A DNA stretch of 64,000 bases from an uncultured Gammaproteobacteria bacterium (GTDB lineage Bacteria; Patescibacteriota; Microgenomatia; JALYQM01). Each line of letters begins with the position of its first letter. The stretch's first letter is position 1. The notes beneath the pieces are model-generated. The model had not been told where the DNA came from. It saw nothing but the letters and a program-made list of their open reading frames with translations, and did no database searches. Position numbers and translations under genes: made by a program. The stretch spans positions 186,862-250,861 of the forward strand of contig CAZHTP010000001.1 in the NCBI GenBank assembly GCA_964535655.1, given 5' to 3'. This document shows positions 20,255 to 29,090 of the stretch, piece by piece.

Positions 20255-21577
20255 ATGGCTGACGCACGAGTAATAGCAGGTATTGATATCGGTTCTTCAA
20301 AAGTTTGTACGATTATCGGACAAGTTAATGAAGAAGATCATACCGTTAACATTTTAGGGGTTTCTACTTCACCTAGCCGCGGCATACGTAAAGGCCAAGT
20401 TGTAGATATAGTAGCCGCGGCTTCTTCAGTTCTTGAAGGTTTAGAAGCTGCGCAGCGAATGGCAGGCTATACTTTGTCTTCTGCGTACATATCGGTTGGC
20501 GGATCTCATATTCTTTCTCAGAATTCACATGCCGTTGTGGCGATTGCTCACCCTGAAGCAGAAATTACCAACGAAGATGTTGCTCGGGTTAGTGATGCAG
20601 CAAAGGCTATTACATTACCCTCTTCACGCGATATTATTCATGTAATCCCGCGTATGTTCATTGTTGATGGTCAAGATGGTATCAAGGATCCTATTGGGAT
20701 GGCTGGCATACGGCTTGAAGTAGATACTCATATTATTCATGGTGCGACGATTAGTATTAAGAACTTAACTAAGTGTATTAATGACATGAAGCTTGATGTT
20801 GAGTCATTTGTCTTTAGTGGGCTTGCTTCAGCGAATGCTGTTGTAACTGATACAGAAAAAGAGCTTGGTGTCGCGATTGTGGATATTGGTGGCGGAACTA
20901 CCGATATTTGTATGTATGTTGATGGCGCACTTGCTCACTCTGCAGTTTTACCAGTTGGAGCCAAAAATATCACTAACGATATCGCGATTGGCCTTCGAGT
21001 TTCACTTGATGCAGCTGAGCAAATTAAATTATTACTTTCTAAAGAACCTCGATTGTTAGTGGAGCCCTTAGGAAATGTGGTAGGCCATAAACCTTTTGAT
21101 CGTGAGGAACGTAAAAAATTGGATGAAATTGATCTTAAGCCATTCCATTTGGGAGAAGAGTTACAATCGGTTTCCCGTAAATTATTGTTAGAGGGGATAA
21201 TTCGACCACGATTGGAAGAAATTTTTGCTCATGTTGCAATGGAATTTAAAAAGTCTGGGTTTCATCACGCAATCCCTGCTGGTGTTGTTGTATGTGGAGG
21301 AGGAGCGCAGACAGTTGGATTAGTCGAAGTTTGTCGAAAAGTAATGGGATTGCCGACTCGGGTCGGTAACCCGACAAGAGTAACTGGTTTGATTGATGAA
21401 ATCCAAAGCCCTGCTTATGCTACTGCAGTTGGATTGTTATTATACGGAGCAGAGGAAGAAGATTCTGTGGTTGAAACACATCATGGTTTCTCAGTTCCCG
21501 GTATCAGTGTTTTGCGTGAAGGCGGGGAAGGAATGATTTCTCAAGTGATGAAGTGGATAAAAGGCTTCTTACCCTAG
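20255..21577 (+). CDS. ftsA: Cell division protein FtsA
   Basis: Actin-fold phosphate motifs (IAGIDIGSSKV, VDIGGGTTD). The ORF track starts at 20219; the ATG at 20255 follows TTATAGTAT. Confidence 0.9.
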   Translation: MADARVIAGIDIGSSKVCTIIGQVNEEDHTVNILGVSTSPSRGIRKGQVVDIVAAASSVLEGLEAAQRMAGYTLSSAYISVGGSHILSQNSHAVVAIAHPEAEITNEDVARVSDAAKAITLPSSRDIIHVIPRMFIVDGQDGIKDPIGMAGIRLEVDTHIIHGATISIKNLTKCINDMKLDVESFVFSGLASANAVVTDTEKELGVAIVDIGGGTTDICMYVDGALAHSAVLPVGAKNITNDIAIGLRVSLDAAEQIKLLLSKEPRLLVEPLGNVVGHKPFDREERKKLDEIDLKPFHLGEELQSVSRKLLLEGIIRPRLEEIFAHVAMEFKKSGFHHAIPAGVVVCGGGAQTVGLVEVCRKVMGLPTRVGNPTRVTGLIDEIQSPAYATAVGLLLYGAEEEDSVVETHHGFSVPGISVLREGGEGMISQVMKWIKGFLP

Positions 21578-21591
21578 ATACTTGTACTGTT

Positions 21592-22002
21592 ATGGGGACT
21601 TCAGATAACGCATATTCTTACGTTGCATTTTTGGCTTCAACAGTTTATTTTGTTGGGATTTTAGTTGGTCGAAATGAGGAATTAAAACTTAAAATTGAAA
21701 ATGTTTATTCGACTGATTTTGTTTTTTCTTTTGTAAAAGAATTAAAAAAGAAACTAACTGATTCTCAGAATAATAAATTAAGTGATTTAAGTTCTCTGAA
21801 TGTTGCATTTAAGTCTGTATATGATTATTTCTCAAATAATATCTCAGTAGAAATTCTTAGTGCTTTTGATCAAGATTCACTGGAACTGAACTTACGTAAG
21901 GCCATTTCGGTTACTTTACAGGTATTAGAAGGAGAAGAAAGAGATCTCTATAAAAAACAATTATTCGAAATTTATAATAGATATCGCTTAACTGATCTTT
22001 AA
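21592..22002 (+). CDS. Hypothetical small membrane-anchored protein between ftsA and ftsZ
   Basis: A 137-149 aa ORF in very AT-rich DNA, where stop codons should be frequent, with an N-terminal hydrophobic helix (AFLASTVYFVGILVG). I recognise no homology. Confidence 0.4.
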   Translation: MGTSDNAYSYVAFLASTVYFVGILVGRNEELKLKIENVYSTDFVFSFVKELKKKLTDSQNNKLSDLSSLNVAFKSVYDYFSNNISVEILSAFDQDSLELNLRKAISVTLQVLEGEERDLYKKQLFEIYNRYRLTDL

Positions 22003-22103
22003 TACATTTTTATAATTTGTTTCCCTTGCATTAACAGTTGTGGCATGTTATTCTCCCAATACGTATTCGTTTATTTTTCTCTTAAGTTTGATCAAATTTT
22101 CCT

Positions 22104-23375
22104 ATGTTTATAAAACCTGATGTACATCGTTTTGCAAAGATTAAAGTAATTGGTGCAGGTGGTGGTGGATGTAATGCGCTTGCGTCCATGATTCAGCTTC
22201 AACAGATTCAAGGTGTTGAATTTGTTGCGGTAAATACTGATGCACAAGCACTGTTAAAAAACCCTGCTGAACAGAAAATACAAATAGGAAATGAAGTCAC
22301 TCGCGGGCTTGGGGCTGGTGCAAATCCTGAAAAGGGACGACAAGCAGCAGAGGAATCTTCAGACGAAATCAAAAAAACCCTCACTGATTCTGATATGGTT
22401 TTTATTACCGCAGGTATGGGAGGTGGAACAGGGAGCGGATCAGCACCGATAATTGCGTCTTTGGCGAAGGAAATAGGATGTTTGACTGTTGCTGTTGTTA
22501 CAAAACCATTCATGTTTGAAGGTGCACGGCGTATGTCTATCGCTGAAGAAGCAATTGATCAGCTAAAAGATAAAGTTGATGCGCTAATTGTTATACCAAA
22601 CCAAAGAATTCTCGATGTTGTAGGGCGAGATACCTCTATTCTTGAAGCATTCAAAATTGTTGATTCAGTTTTGGGACAAGGTGTACAGGGCATTTCTGAT
22701 TTAATTACTATGCCAGGCTTAATTAATGTTGACTTTGCTGATGTGCGAACCATTATGACAAACGCTGGTTCTGCGTTAATGGGTATTGGAAATGGTAAGG
22801 GTGAAAACCGGGCTGTAGCCGCTGCTAAATCTGCTATTTCTTCGCCGCTGCTTGAACTTTCTATTGAAGGAGCAAAGGGAATACTCTTCAATATCGTTGG
22901 TGGCCCTGATATGTCGATGCTTGAGGTTGATGAGGCTGCAAAGATTATATCTCAGACTGCTGATTCTGATGCGAATATTATTTTCGGTGCCTCGATTGAT
23001 GAAAAGATGACCGATCAAATCAGAATTACAGTTGTGGCTACCGGATTTGATGAAGAAAAAAAGAAATTTTCTGAAATGGTCTCGAGCCGACTCAAGAAAC
23101 CGGTAGGATACATGGATTTTTCATCGCAGGCGCCAACCCGTGATGTGAATCAATACGCACAACAACCTTTTGGCAGTTCATCGACTTCGTCAACTCATCC
23201 CTCATCGTATCAATCAGGAATTCCGTATCAAAAACCGATACAGGATCAACGGCCGCCAGTTCAGCATAATCCCCAGCCGCCAGTGTACCAGCCGCAACAA
23301 CAACACAATTCGCAGCAGGAACAAATGCAGGATGATGATATTGATATACCAACATTTTTGAGAAAATCTTCTTAA
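22104..23375 (+). CDS. ftsZ: Cell division GTPase FtsZ
   Basis: GMGGGTGSG tubulin signature. Q/P-rich linker, then a C-terminal peptide DDDIDIPTFLRK that is conserved as the FtsA-binding peptide in FtsZ proteins. Confidence 0.95.
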   Translation: MFIKPDVHRFAKIKVIGAGGGGCNALASMIQLQQIQGVEFVAVNTDAQALLKNPAEQKIQIGNEVTRGLGAGANPEKGRQAAEESSDEIKKTLTDSDMVFITAGMGGGTGSGSAPIIASLAKEIGCLTVAVVTKPFMFEGARRMSIAEEAIDQLKDKVDALIVIPNQRILDVVGRDTSILEAFKIVDSVLGQGVQGISDLITMPGLINVDFADVRTIMTNAGSALMGIGNGKGENRAVAAAKSAISSPLLELSIEGAKGILFNIVGGPDMSMLEVDEAAKIISQTADSDANIIFGASIDEKMTDQIRITVVATGFDEEKKKFSEMVSSRLKKPVGYMDFSSQAPTRDVNQYAQQPFGSSSTSSTHPSSYQSGIPYQKPIQDQRPPVQHNPQPPVYQPQQQHNSQQEQMQDDDIDIPTFLRKSS

Positions 23376-23387
23376 GGAGTTTTTTAG

Positions 23388-24482
23388 GTGTTGAAAAAAT
23401 TGTTCACGTCAGTGGATTATTACATTCTTATACCTGCTTTATTATTAATTTTTTTATCTTTTTTTGTTCTTTCCTCTTTTCAACCTGATTTGGCTAGGTC
23501 ACAAGCATTAAATGCGTTGATTGGCTTACTCCTTTTCTTTTTTCTTAGTATGGGACATCCTGTTGTGTATAAAGGGTATGCCTATTATGGGTATATCGCC
23601 GTGCTTTTCTTGCTCGTTGCGGTATTTGTGATTGGTGAAATTAGTCATGGTGCAAACCGGTGGATTCCTATTATTGGAAATATTCGTATTCAGCCTTCTG
23701 AATTTGCTAAACCGGTACTAATTGTATGCTTAGCAAAGTTGTTTTCTGAACAACGAATTTTCACTGTTAAGTTGTTTTTCACCAGTCTAGGGTTAACTAG
23801 TATCTATTTTCTACTCGTATATAAACAGCCAGACTTGGGAACGGCGATGATGTTTTTAGTTGTATGGGGAATTTTTTTATATCTTTCGGACATTCCTAAA
23901 AAAACATTATTGTTTGGTGTGATCGCTTTTGCGCTTGTGGTTACTATTAGTGGTCCGATTGTATGGCATTCATTACATGATTACCAACGCAATCGGGTAC
24001 TTACTTTTATAGAGCCTGAGCGTGATCCTTTAGGGACAGGCTACAATGTTTTACAATCGATTATCACGGTTGGCAGTGGAGGATTTCTAGGTAAGGGTTT
24101 TGGTAGAGGGACGCAGTCTCATAACAACTTTTTGCCCGAGCAATATACCGATTTCGCGTTTGCAACTTATTCGGAGGAGTTTGGTTTTGTAGGTGTGCTG
24201 GTTTTATTGATACTGTATTCCATACTTCTTTGGCGAATATTTAGAGTAACTGATAGTTTTAAAAGCCGCTTTGCAGTGTTTGTGTGCATGGGGGTAGGCG
24301 CGCTTATTTTTTTTCAGATTTTTGTAAATATCGGTATGAACATTGGTATTGTGCCGGTGGCTGGAATTACATTGCCATTTTTCTCTTATGGCGGTAGCTC
24401 GTTAATTTCATTTTTGGTTTGCCTTGGTCTTATTGAATCGTTTAATAAAGCTAACTCTTCTCTGGATCAAACTGATCGTTGA
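23388..24482 (+). CDS. rodA: Second SEDS family protein (RodA/FtsW-like)
   Basis: 364 aa, polytopic, same SEDS blocks as ftsW (PDLGTA, SYGGSS). AAGGAG lies 7 nt before the GTG start. Confidence 0.8.
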   Translation: MLKKLFTSVDYYILIPALLLIFLSFFVLSSFQPDLARSQALNALIGLLLFFFLSMGHPVVYKGYAYYGYIAVLFLLVAVFVIGEISHGANRWIPIIGNIRIQPSEFAKPVLIVCLAKLFSEQRIFTVKLFFTSLGLTSIYFLLVYKQPDLGTAMMFLVVWGIFLYLSDIPKKTLLFGVIAFALVVTISGPIVWHSLHDYQRNRVLTFIEPERDPLGTGYNVLQSIITVGSGGFLGKGFGRGTQSHNNFLPEQYTDFAFATYSEEFGFVGVLVLLILYSILLWRIFRVTDSFKSRFAVFVCMGVGALIFFQIFVNIGMNIGIVPVAGITLPFFSYGGSSLISFLVCLGLIESFNKANSSLDQTDR

Positions 24483-24515
24483 CGGTAATAGGCTTATCAG
24501 GTACAATTCTACGGT

Positions 24516-24815
24516 ATGAAATACGCAATCGTTCAATTTAACGGAAAACAATATAAAGTAGCTGAAGGCGATGTAATCGCTGTTGATGCAAATACAACGG
24601 ATTCTACCCTCAATTTTGACCAAGTTTTGGTTGTTGGTGGGGATTCAGTTCAGTTTGGTGCTCCGTTTGTAAAAGGTGCTGTTGTTAAAGCTACGGTGCT
24701 CCGTGATGTAAAGGGGCCAAAAATCCGTGTTGCTAAGTTTAAGGCTAAATCAAACTATCACCGCGCAACCGGTCATCGTCAACACCTCAAACAGATTCGC
24801 ATTGATTCCATCTAA
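24516..24815 (+). CDS. rplU: 50S ribosomal protein L21
   Basis: MKYAIVQFNGKQYKVAEGDVI. Confidence 0.9.
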   Translation: MKYAIVQFNGKQYKVAEGDVIAVDANTTDSTLNFDQVLVVGGDSVQFGAPFVKGAVVKATVLRDVKGPKIRVAKFKAKSNYHRATGHRQHLKQIRIDSI

Positions 24816-24832
24816 TCTGGTACAATCTACCT

Positions 24833-26083
24833 ATGCATGACTATTTTTTCGTATTAGGTCGATCTATCGACTTGTGTCGAGCAGAATTCGATGCTCTGAT
24901 CCATTCGTATAAACCTCAAAATGAATTTGAAGTTGGTCCGGTGGTGGTATGTTCTACCGATTCCGAAGTTCCCCTTAAACCGCTTTTAAAGACAGCGGGT
25001 GGTTTGGTAAAGGCTGGTTTAGTTGTCGATTGGTTAAATGCTGATTGCTCCCTCGATGAGCTCGTCACCAAGATTGTTTCCATTCTTCGTACTCACTTTT
25101 CAGATAATAAGAAATTTGCTTTTGGTATTAGTTTGTATGGCACTAAAACTCACCAAGTATCTCCTATAAACTTACACAAAGAAGTTAAGGATGCCCTTAG
25201 TGCTCAAGGAAATCCTTCCGAATTTGTTCTTCCGGAAGGACAGGAACTTACTTCAGTACAACTCGAGAAATACCGCCTTATGGGAGAAAAGGGGGTTGAA
25301 ATAGTCTTAATCTACTCCAAAGATTCCCTGATTGTCGGTTTAACTAAGGCTGTTCAACCATTTGAGACCTGGTCCCAAGCAGATTATGGTCGTCCTTTCC
25401 GAGACGCTAAATCAGGAATGTTGCCACCTAAAGTGGCACGAATGATGATTCAAATTGGTCTTGGTGCATATTATTCAATTTCCCGCAGAGAAGAGGCTCC
25501 CGTAATTTTTGATCCTTTTTGCGGTAGTGGAACTGTTCTTACCGAGAGTCTTCGGCTAGGGTGCCGAGCTGGTGGATCAGATAATTCCGAAAAGGCAGTG
25601 CATGACTCGATTGAGAATGTTACTTGGATTCGTTCTTCTTCATTGTACTCTGGAGAAGATGAACAATCTTCATTTTTTCCCTATACACGGGAATATAATG
25701 TTGAGATAGCGGTGCCAATATTTCAGTCCGATTCAGCACACATCGCTACTGTTTTAACGCCTAAGAGTGTCGATATTATTGTCACGGAGAGCTACCTGGG
25801 GCCAGCGTTTAGTGAGGTACCAACTCCTGGTAAAATTGACCGGATTATTAAAGGGCTTGAGAAGCTTTATATCGGTTCATTTAAGACGTTCCACACGGTT
25901 TTAGCCGATAAAGGAATTATCGTATTTGCCGAGCCGGAATACTTTATGCATGGAAAGAGCTATAAAGTAGGTATTATTGACAATTGTGAGCGTTTTGGCT
26001 ATACTGCAATACGACAACCGATACTTTACAAGCGCGAGAATGCGTTAGTGGGGAGAAGAATCGGAATACTAAAGAAGAAATAG
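24833..26083 (+). CDS. Putative RNA methyltransferase-like protein (COG0116/THUMP-associated class I SAM methyltransferase fold) inserted between rplU and rpmA
   Basis: Motif I DPFCGSGTVLTESL..G, preceded by LPPKVARMMI (compare APLKETLAAA in RlmL/Trm11). Where motif IV should be (DIIVTESY), the expected (D/N)PPY is replaced by TESY. Confidence 0.5.
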   Translation: MHDYFFVLGRSIDLCRAEFDALIHSYKPQNEFEVGPVVVCSTDSEVPLKPLLKTAGGLVKAGLVVDWLNADCSLDELVTKIVSILRTHFSDNKKFAFGISLYGTKTHQVSPINLHKEVKDALSAQGNPSEFVLPEGQELTSVQLEKYRLMGEKGVEIVLIYSKDSLIVGLTKAVQPFETWSQADYGRPFRDAKSGMLPPKVARMMIQIGLGAYYSISRREEAPVIFDPFCGSGTVLTESLRLGCRAGGSDNSEKAVHDSIENVTWIRSSSLYSGEDEQSSFFPYTREYNVEIAVPIFQSDSAHIATVLTPKSVDIIVTESYLGPAFSEVPTPGKIDRIIKGLEKLYIGSFKTFHTVLADKGIIVFAEPEYFMHGKSYKVGIIDNCERFGYTAIRQPILYKRENALVGRRIGILKKK

Positions 26084-26094
26084 GAGATAGCACA

Positions 26095-26346
26095 ATGGCA
26101 CATATTAAAGCTGGTAAAACAACAAAAGGTAACAAAGATTCCATTTCCAAGCGACTTGGTATAAAAATGTATGCCGGAGAGAAAGCTCTTGCTGGTAACA
26201 TCTTAATTCGTCAACGCGGCACTCGTTACATTGCTGGGGTGAATACCTATTATGGTAATGACTTTACTATTCACGCTAAAATAGATGGTGTCGTCAAGTA
26301 TGGTACTCGTTTTGGGAAGTCGGTTGTTTCGGTTGTTTCGGCTTAG
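26095..26346 (+). CDS. rpmA: 50S ribosomal protein L27
   Basis: MAHIKAGKTTKGNKDS; no N-terminal propeptide. Confidence 0.9.
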   Translation: MAHIKAGKTTKGNKDSISKRLGIKMYAGEKALAGNILIRQRGTRYIAGVNTYYGNDFTIHAKIDGVVKYGTRFGKSVVSVVSA

Positions 26347-26366
26347 TTTTTTTCTGTACTAGATTT

Positions 26367-26393
26367 AAATCCTCCTTTTAAGGGGGATTTTTA
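26367..26393 (+). terminator. Rho-independent terminator after rpmA
   Basis: AAATCCTCCTT / AAGGGGGATTT hairpin followed by a T-run. Confidence 0.6.
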
Positions 26394-26418
26394 GTATTAC
26401 ATTTCCACATTTTCACGA

Positions 26419-26446
26419 TTGCATGTCGTTTTTTTCCTGATATACT
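26419..26446 (+). promoter_or_regulatory. Promoter TTGCAT, 16 nt, TATACT (with upstream TG) for parB; this one has a 45-nt leader and an SD (GGAG)
   Basis: Hexamers at 26419-26424 and 26441-26446. Confidence 0.45.
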
Positions 26447-26490
26447 AAGTTGTAGTTAGTAACTTTAGTTTACATAAAGGAGCTTTGACG

Positions 26491-27354
26491 ATGGCCGAGC
26501 AGATGGTGTATCTTGATATCGATTTATTACAGCCCAATCCCTTGCAGCCTCGTGGGGTGATCTCTCCTGAGTCACTTGTCGAATTAATTGATTCGATTCG
26601 AGAGCACGGTATTATGGAGCCAATTGTTGTGGCACATACTCCAGCTGGGTATCAAATTATTGCTGGGGAGAGGCGTTGGCGTGCTTCTAAGGCATCAGGG
26701 CTAAAACAAGTTCCGGTAATTATAAAAGAAACAACTCCTCAAGGGATGCTTGAAATGGCAATCGTTGAAAATGTGCAGCGCGTTGATCTTAATCCACTTG
26801 AGCGAGCTCAAGCGTATTATCGCTTAATGAATGAATTTGCGCTTACTAACCAGGAGGTTGCTCAAAAAGTAGGAAAGAGTCCTTCGTATATTTCCAATAC
26901 GCTTCGTCTTTTACAATTGCCTGACGCGCTTAAAGATGGATTATTGTCTAATGCTACTTCGGAAGGACATGTGCGGGCATTAGCAGCTCTTGGTGACTCA
27001 CGGCTGATGGTGGAAGCATATAAGGTTGTTTTGAGAAATAATCTTTCAGTACGTGGTACCGAAGAATTGGTTCGTAATTATCGTTTTGAATCAGAGAAGA
27101 AAAAGAAGGTCAATCCGTTTGATAAGCAGCCTTCAGAGTCTATATCGCATTTAACGGTTAGCCCTCGTTTGGATAAGATGCAAAAGGGTTTGAGTCGTGT
27201 TTTGATGTCGCGAGTTAAGATTACTCAGTCTCGTGTGCAAGCTAAAATTGTGATAATGATAAACGGTACGATGTCAGAAACTAATCCAATTCTGGATAAG
27301 ATGTACGAGGCTTTAACTGGGCAGGATCCTGAAGAATTATACGAAGAAAAATAG
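26491..27354 (+). CDS. parB: ParB/Spo0J chromosome partitioning protein
   Basis: LQPNPLQPR and GERRWRA motifs, helix-turn-helix region. The ORF track starts at a TTG at 26485. Confidence 0.85.
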   Translation: MAEQMVYLDIDLLQPNPLQPRGVISPESLVELIDSIREHGIMEPIVVAHTPAGYQIIAGERRWRASKASGLKQVPVIIKETTPQGMLEMAIVENVQRVDLNPLERAQAYYRLMNEFALTNQEVAQKVGKSPSYISNTLRLLQLPDALKDGLLSNATSEGHVRALAALGDSRLMVEAYKVVLRNNLSVRGTEELVRNYRFESEKKKKVNPFDKQPSESISHLTVSPRLDKMQKGLSRVLMSRVKITQSRVQAKIVIMINGTMSETNPILDKMYEALTGQDPEELYEEK

Positions 27355-27355
27355 T

Positions 27356-28450
27356 TTAGGCTACCCACATATTCGCTGTGAAATCGTTCACTAACTTAAG
27401 TTGAAGTATAGCAAAAATGATATAGAGAATGAATCGTAATCGCTTAGATTGGGTTGTTCCTCCAAGCACCATGAACGCAGGAAAGACGACTAATATGTAG
27501 CGAGCCATGCCTACTAAGCTTCCCGACATCAGAGGTATACTAATCATCGCTACACTATACATAAAATAGTTTAAAGAAAGCGTCTTGTATGTTTTTTTAA
27601 GTAACAAGAGTCCTGCGATTGCACAGATCCAATCGAGTACAACATAATTAAACGAAAAGGTGGTAATGAACTCATGAACCACGGGCGCCGCGTCAAATAG
27701 AGCCTTAGTTGGTAATGTGAGTTGACAGCGATTGTTAACAGAACACCACTCTCTTTGGGCTTCAAGGAATAAGAAAGGATTGTTAAATTTTATTTTTAGA
27801 AAGAGCATATATCCTAGAATGCCACTAAAAGAGATTATCATTAGATTAATTTTTCTCCATAGCTTTGTCTTTGTTGTGAGGAAGGCTATTACTATTCCTG
27901 AGCCATTCAAACGAGTTGCGCTACAGAGTCCTCCAAAGAGTGCAGATAGGTAGTACCTTTTGTGTTCAAGCATTAAAAAAGATAGCATGGTCGTCACTAA
28001 GAAAAGATTCTCTGTGTAACTTGCAAGTAAAAATATGGTTGAAGGAAATAGAGCGAAAAGGATGAGGCTTGTTCGTGCATTTATTTCTGAAGTGATTTTT
28101 TTGCACAGTAAATAAAATAAAATAAATACAGTGAGATTAAAGAGTATTGAGAGTACAAATCCTACTGCAATGCTATTGCCGAAACTGGTTATGTTGATAA
28201 GAAGTGGCCATAACGGAAAGAATGCATGCTGAGGGTACTGATATCCTTTTAACGCAATTGATACGTAGTGTCCTGAATCCCAATAAGTCGCCCACGATAG
28301 ATATATCCTTTCGTATACCGTATTTGAACTGTCAGTTATAAAAATATGTTGCTGAATAAATAGTTGATAAAACAACAGGTATGTGCGCCATGCTAAGAAT
28401 ACATATAGTGGAAATTGTACTTTGCCAATGAGTTTAAAATACTTTTCCAT
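27356..28450 (-). CDS. Polytopic membrane protein, GT-C-type glycosyltransferase-like (PIG-V/mannosyltransferase-like)
   Basis: 11-12 predicted TM helices. An N-terminal loop pattern WDSGHY..IA..GY....AFFPLWPL, as seen in GT-C mannosyltransferase-like families. Confidence 0.4.
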   Translation of the reverse strand: MEKYFKLIGKVQFPLYVFLAWRTYLLFYQLFIQQHIFITDSSNTVYERIYLSWATYWDSGHYVSIALKGYQYPQHAFFPLWPLLINITSFGNSIAVGFVLSILFNLTVFILFYLLCKKITSEINARTSLILFALFPSTIFLLASYTENLFLVTTMLSFLMLEHKRYYLSALFGGLCSATRLNGSGIVIAFLTTKTKLWRKINLMIISFSGILGYMLFLKIKFNNPFLFLEAQREWCSVNNRCQLTLPTKALFDAAPVVHEFITTFSFNYVVLDWICAIAGLLLLKKTYKTLSLNYFMYSVAMISIPLMSGSLVGMARYILVVFPAFMVLGGTTQSKRLRFILYIIFAILQLKLVNDFTANMWVA

Positions 28451-28459
28451 TCGGTTATG

Positions 28460-29047
28460 TTACTCTTCTGGATATCTGTGCTCGGGGTCAAAACCTAGTC
28501 GATTAAACGGCCAATACACAAACCAAGCTTTTCCTATGATTGCGTCTTTTTTAAGGGGCCCCCAGGCACGAGAATCGTACGAGTTTAACCGATTATCTCC
28601 CATCACCATATATTCACCTTGGGGGACAATATCTGCTTCACCTTCTTTAAACACCACTCCACCTTCAGTGATCTGGGTTGTATCCAAATAATCTTCTTTC
28701 AACAAGAATCCGTCTGGGTGTTTTGAATTATAAATCTTAACAGTGTTGTGGCTTATTTCTACTTTTTCGCCAGGTAAACCGATGATTCGTTTAATATAAT
28801 CTTTTTTTGGATCGACAGGTGCTTTAAAGGTTATAACATCGCCACGTTGCAGTTCTTTGGTGCGGTAGACTATTTTATTGGTTAAGATTAGCTCGCCATC
28901 TTTTAACGTAGACATCATAGATTGACCGGAAACTTTATGAGGCTGTACAACAAATCCGTAAATGATTAAGAAGAAGGCGAATGCAACGATAAACGTTTGA
29001 GTGATATCGAGGACAAACATTAAGAGATCATAAAAATAAGATTTCAT
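28460..29047 (-). CDS. lepB: Signal peptidase I
   Basis: SGQSM (catalytic Ser box), KRIIGLPGE, GDNRLNSYDSR boxes. Confidence 0.85.
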   Translation of the reverse strand: MKSYFYDLLMFVLDITQTFIVAFAFFLIIYGFVVQPHKVSGQSMMSTLKDGELILTNKIVYRTKELQRGDVITFKAPVDPKKDYIKRIIGLPGEKVEISHNTVKIYNSKHPDGFLLKEDYLDTTQITEGGVVFKEGEADIVPQGEYMVMGDNRLNSYDSRAWGPLKKDAIIGKAWFVYWPFNRLGFDPEHRYPEE

Positions 29048-29090
29048 ACGTTTTAATTGTACTGAACTTTCTCCTTGGATTGCAAGGTAT

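Noticed and set aside
22027-22060. Possible ftsZ-specific promoter (TTGCAT...TGTTATTCT).
   Set aside because: The -10 is a weak match and the spacing is uncertain. I could not support it beyond guesswork, so it is not listed as a feature.
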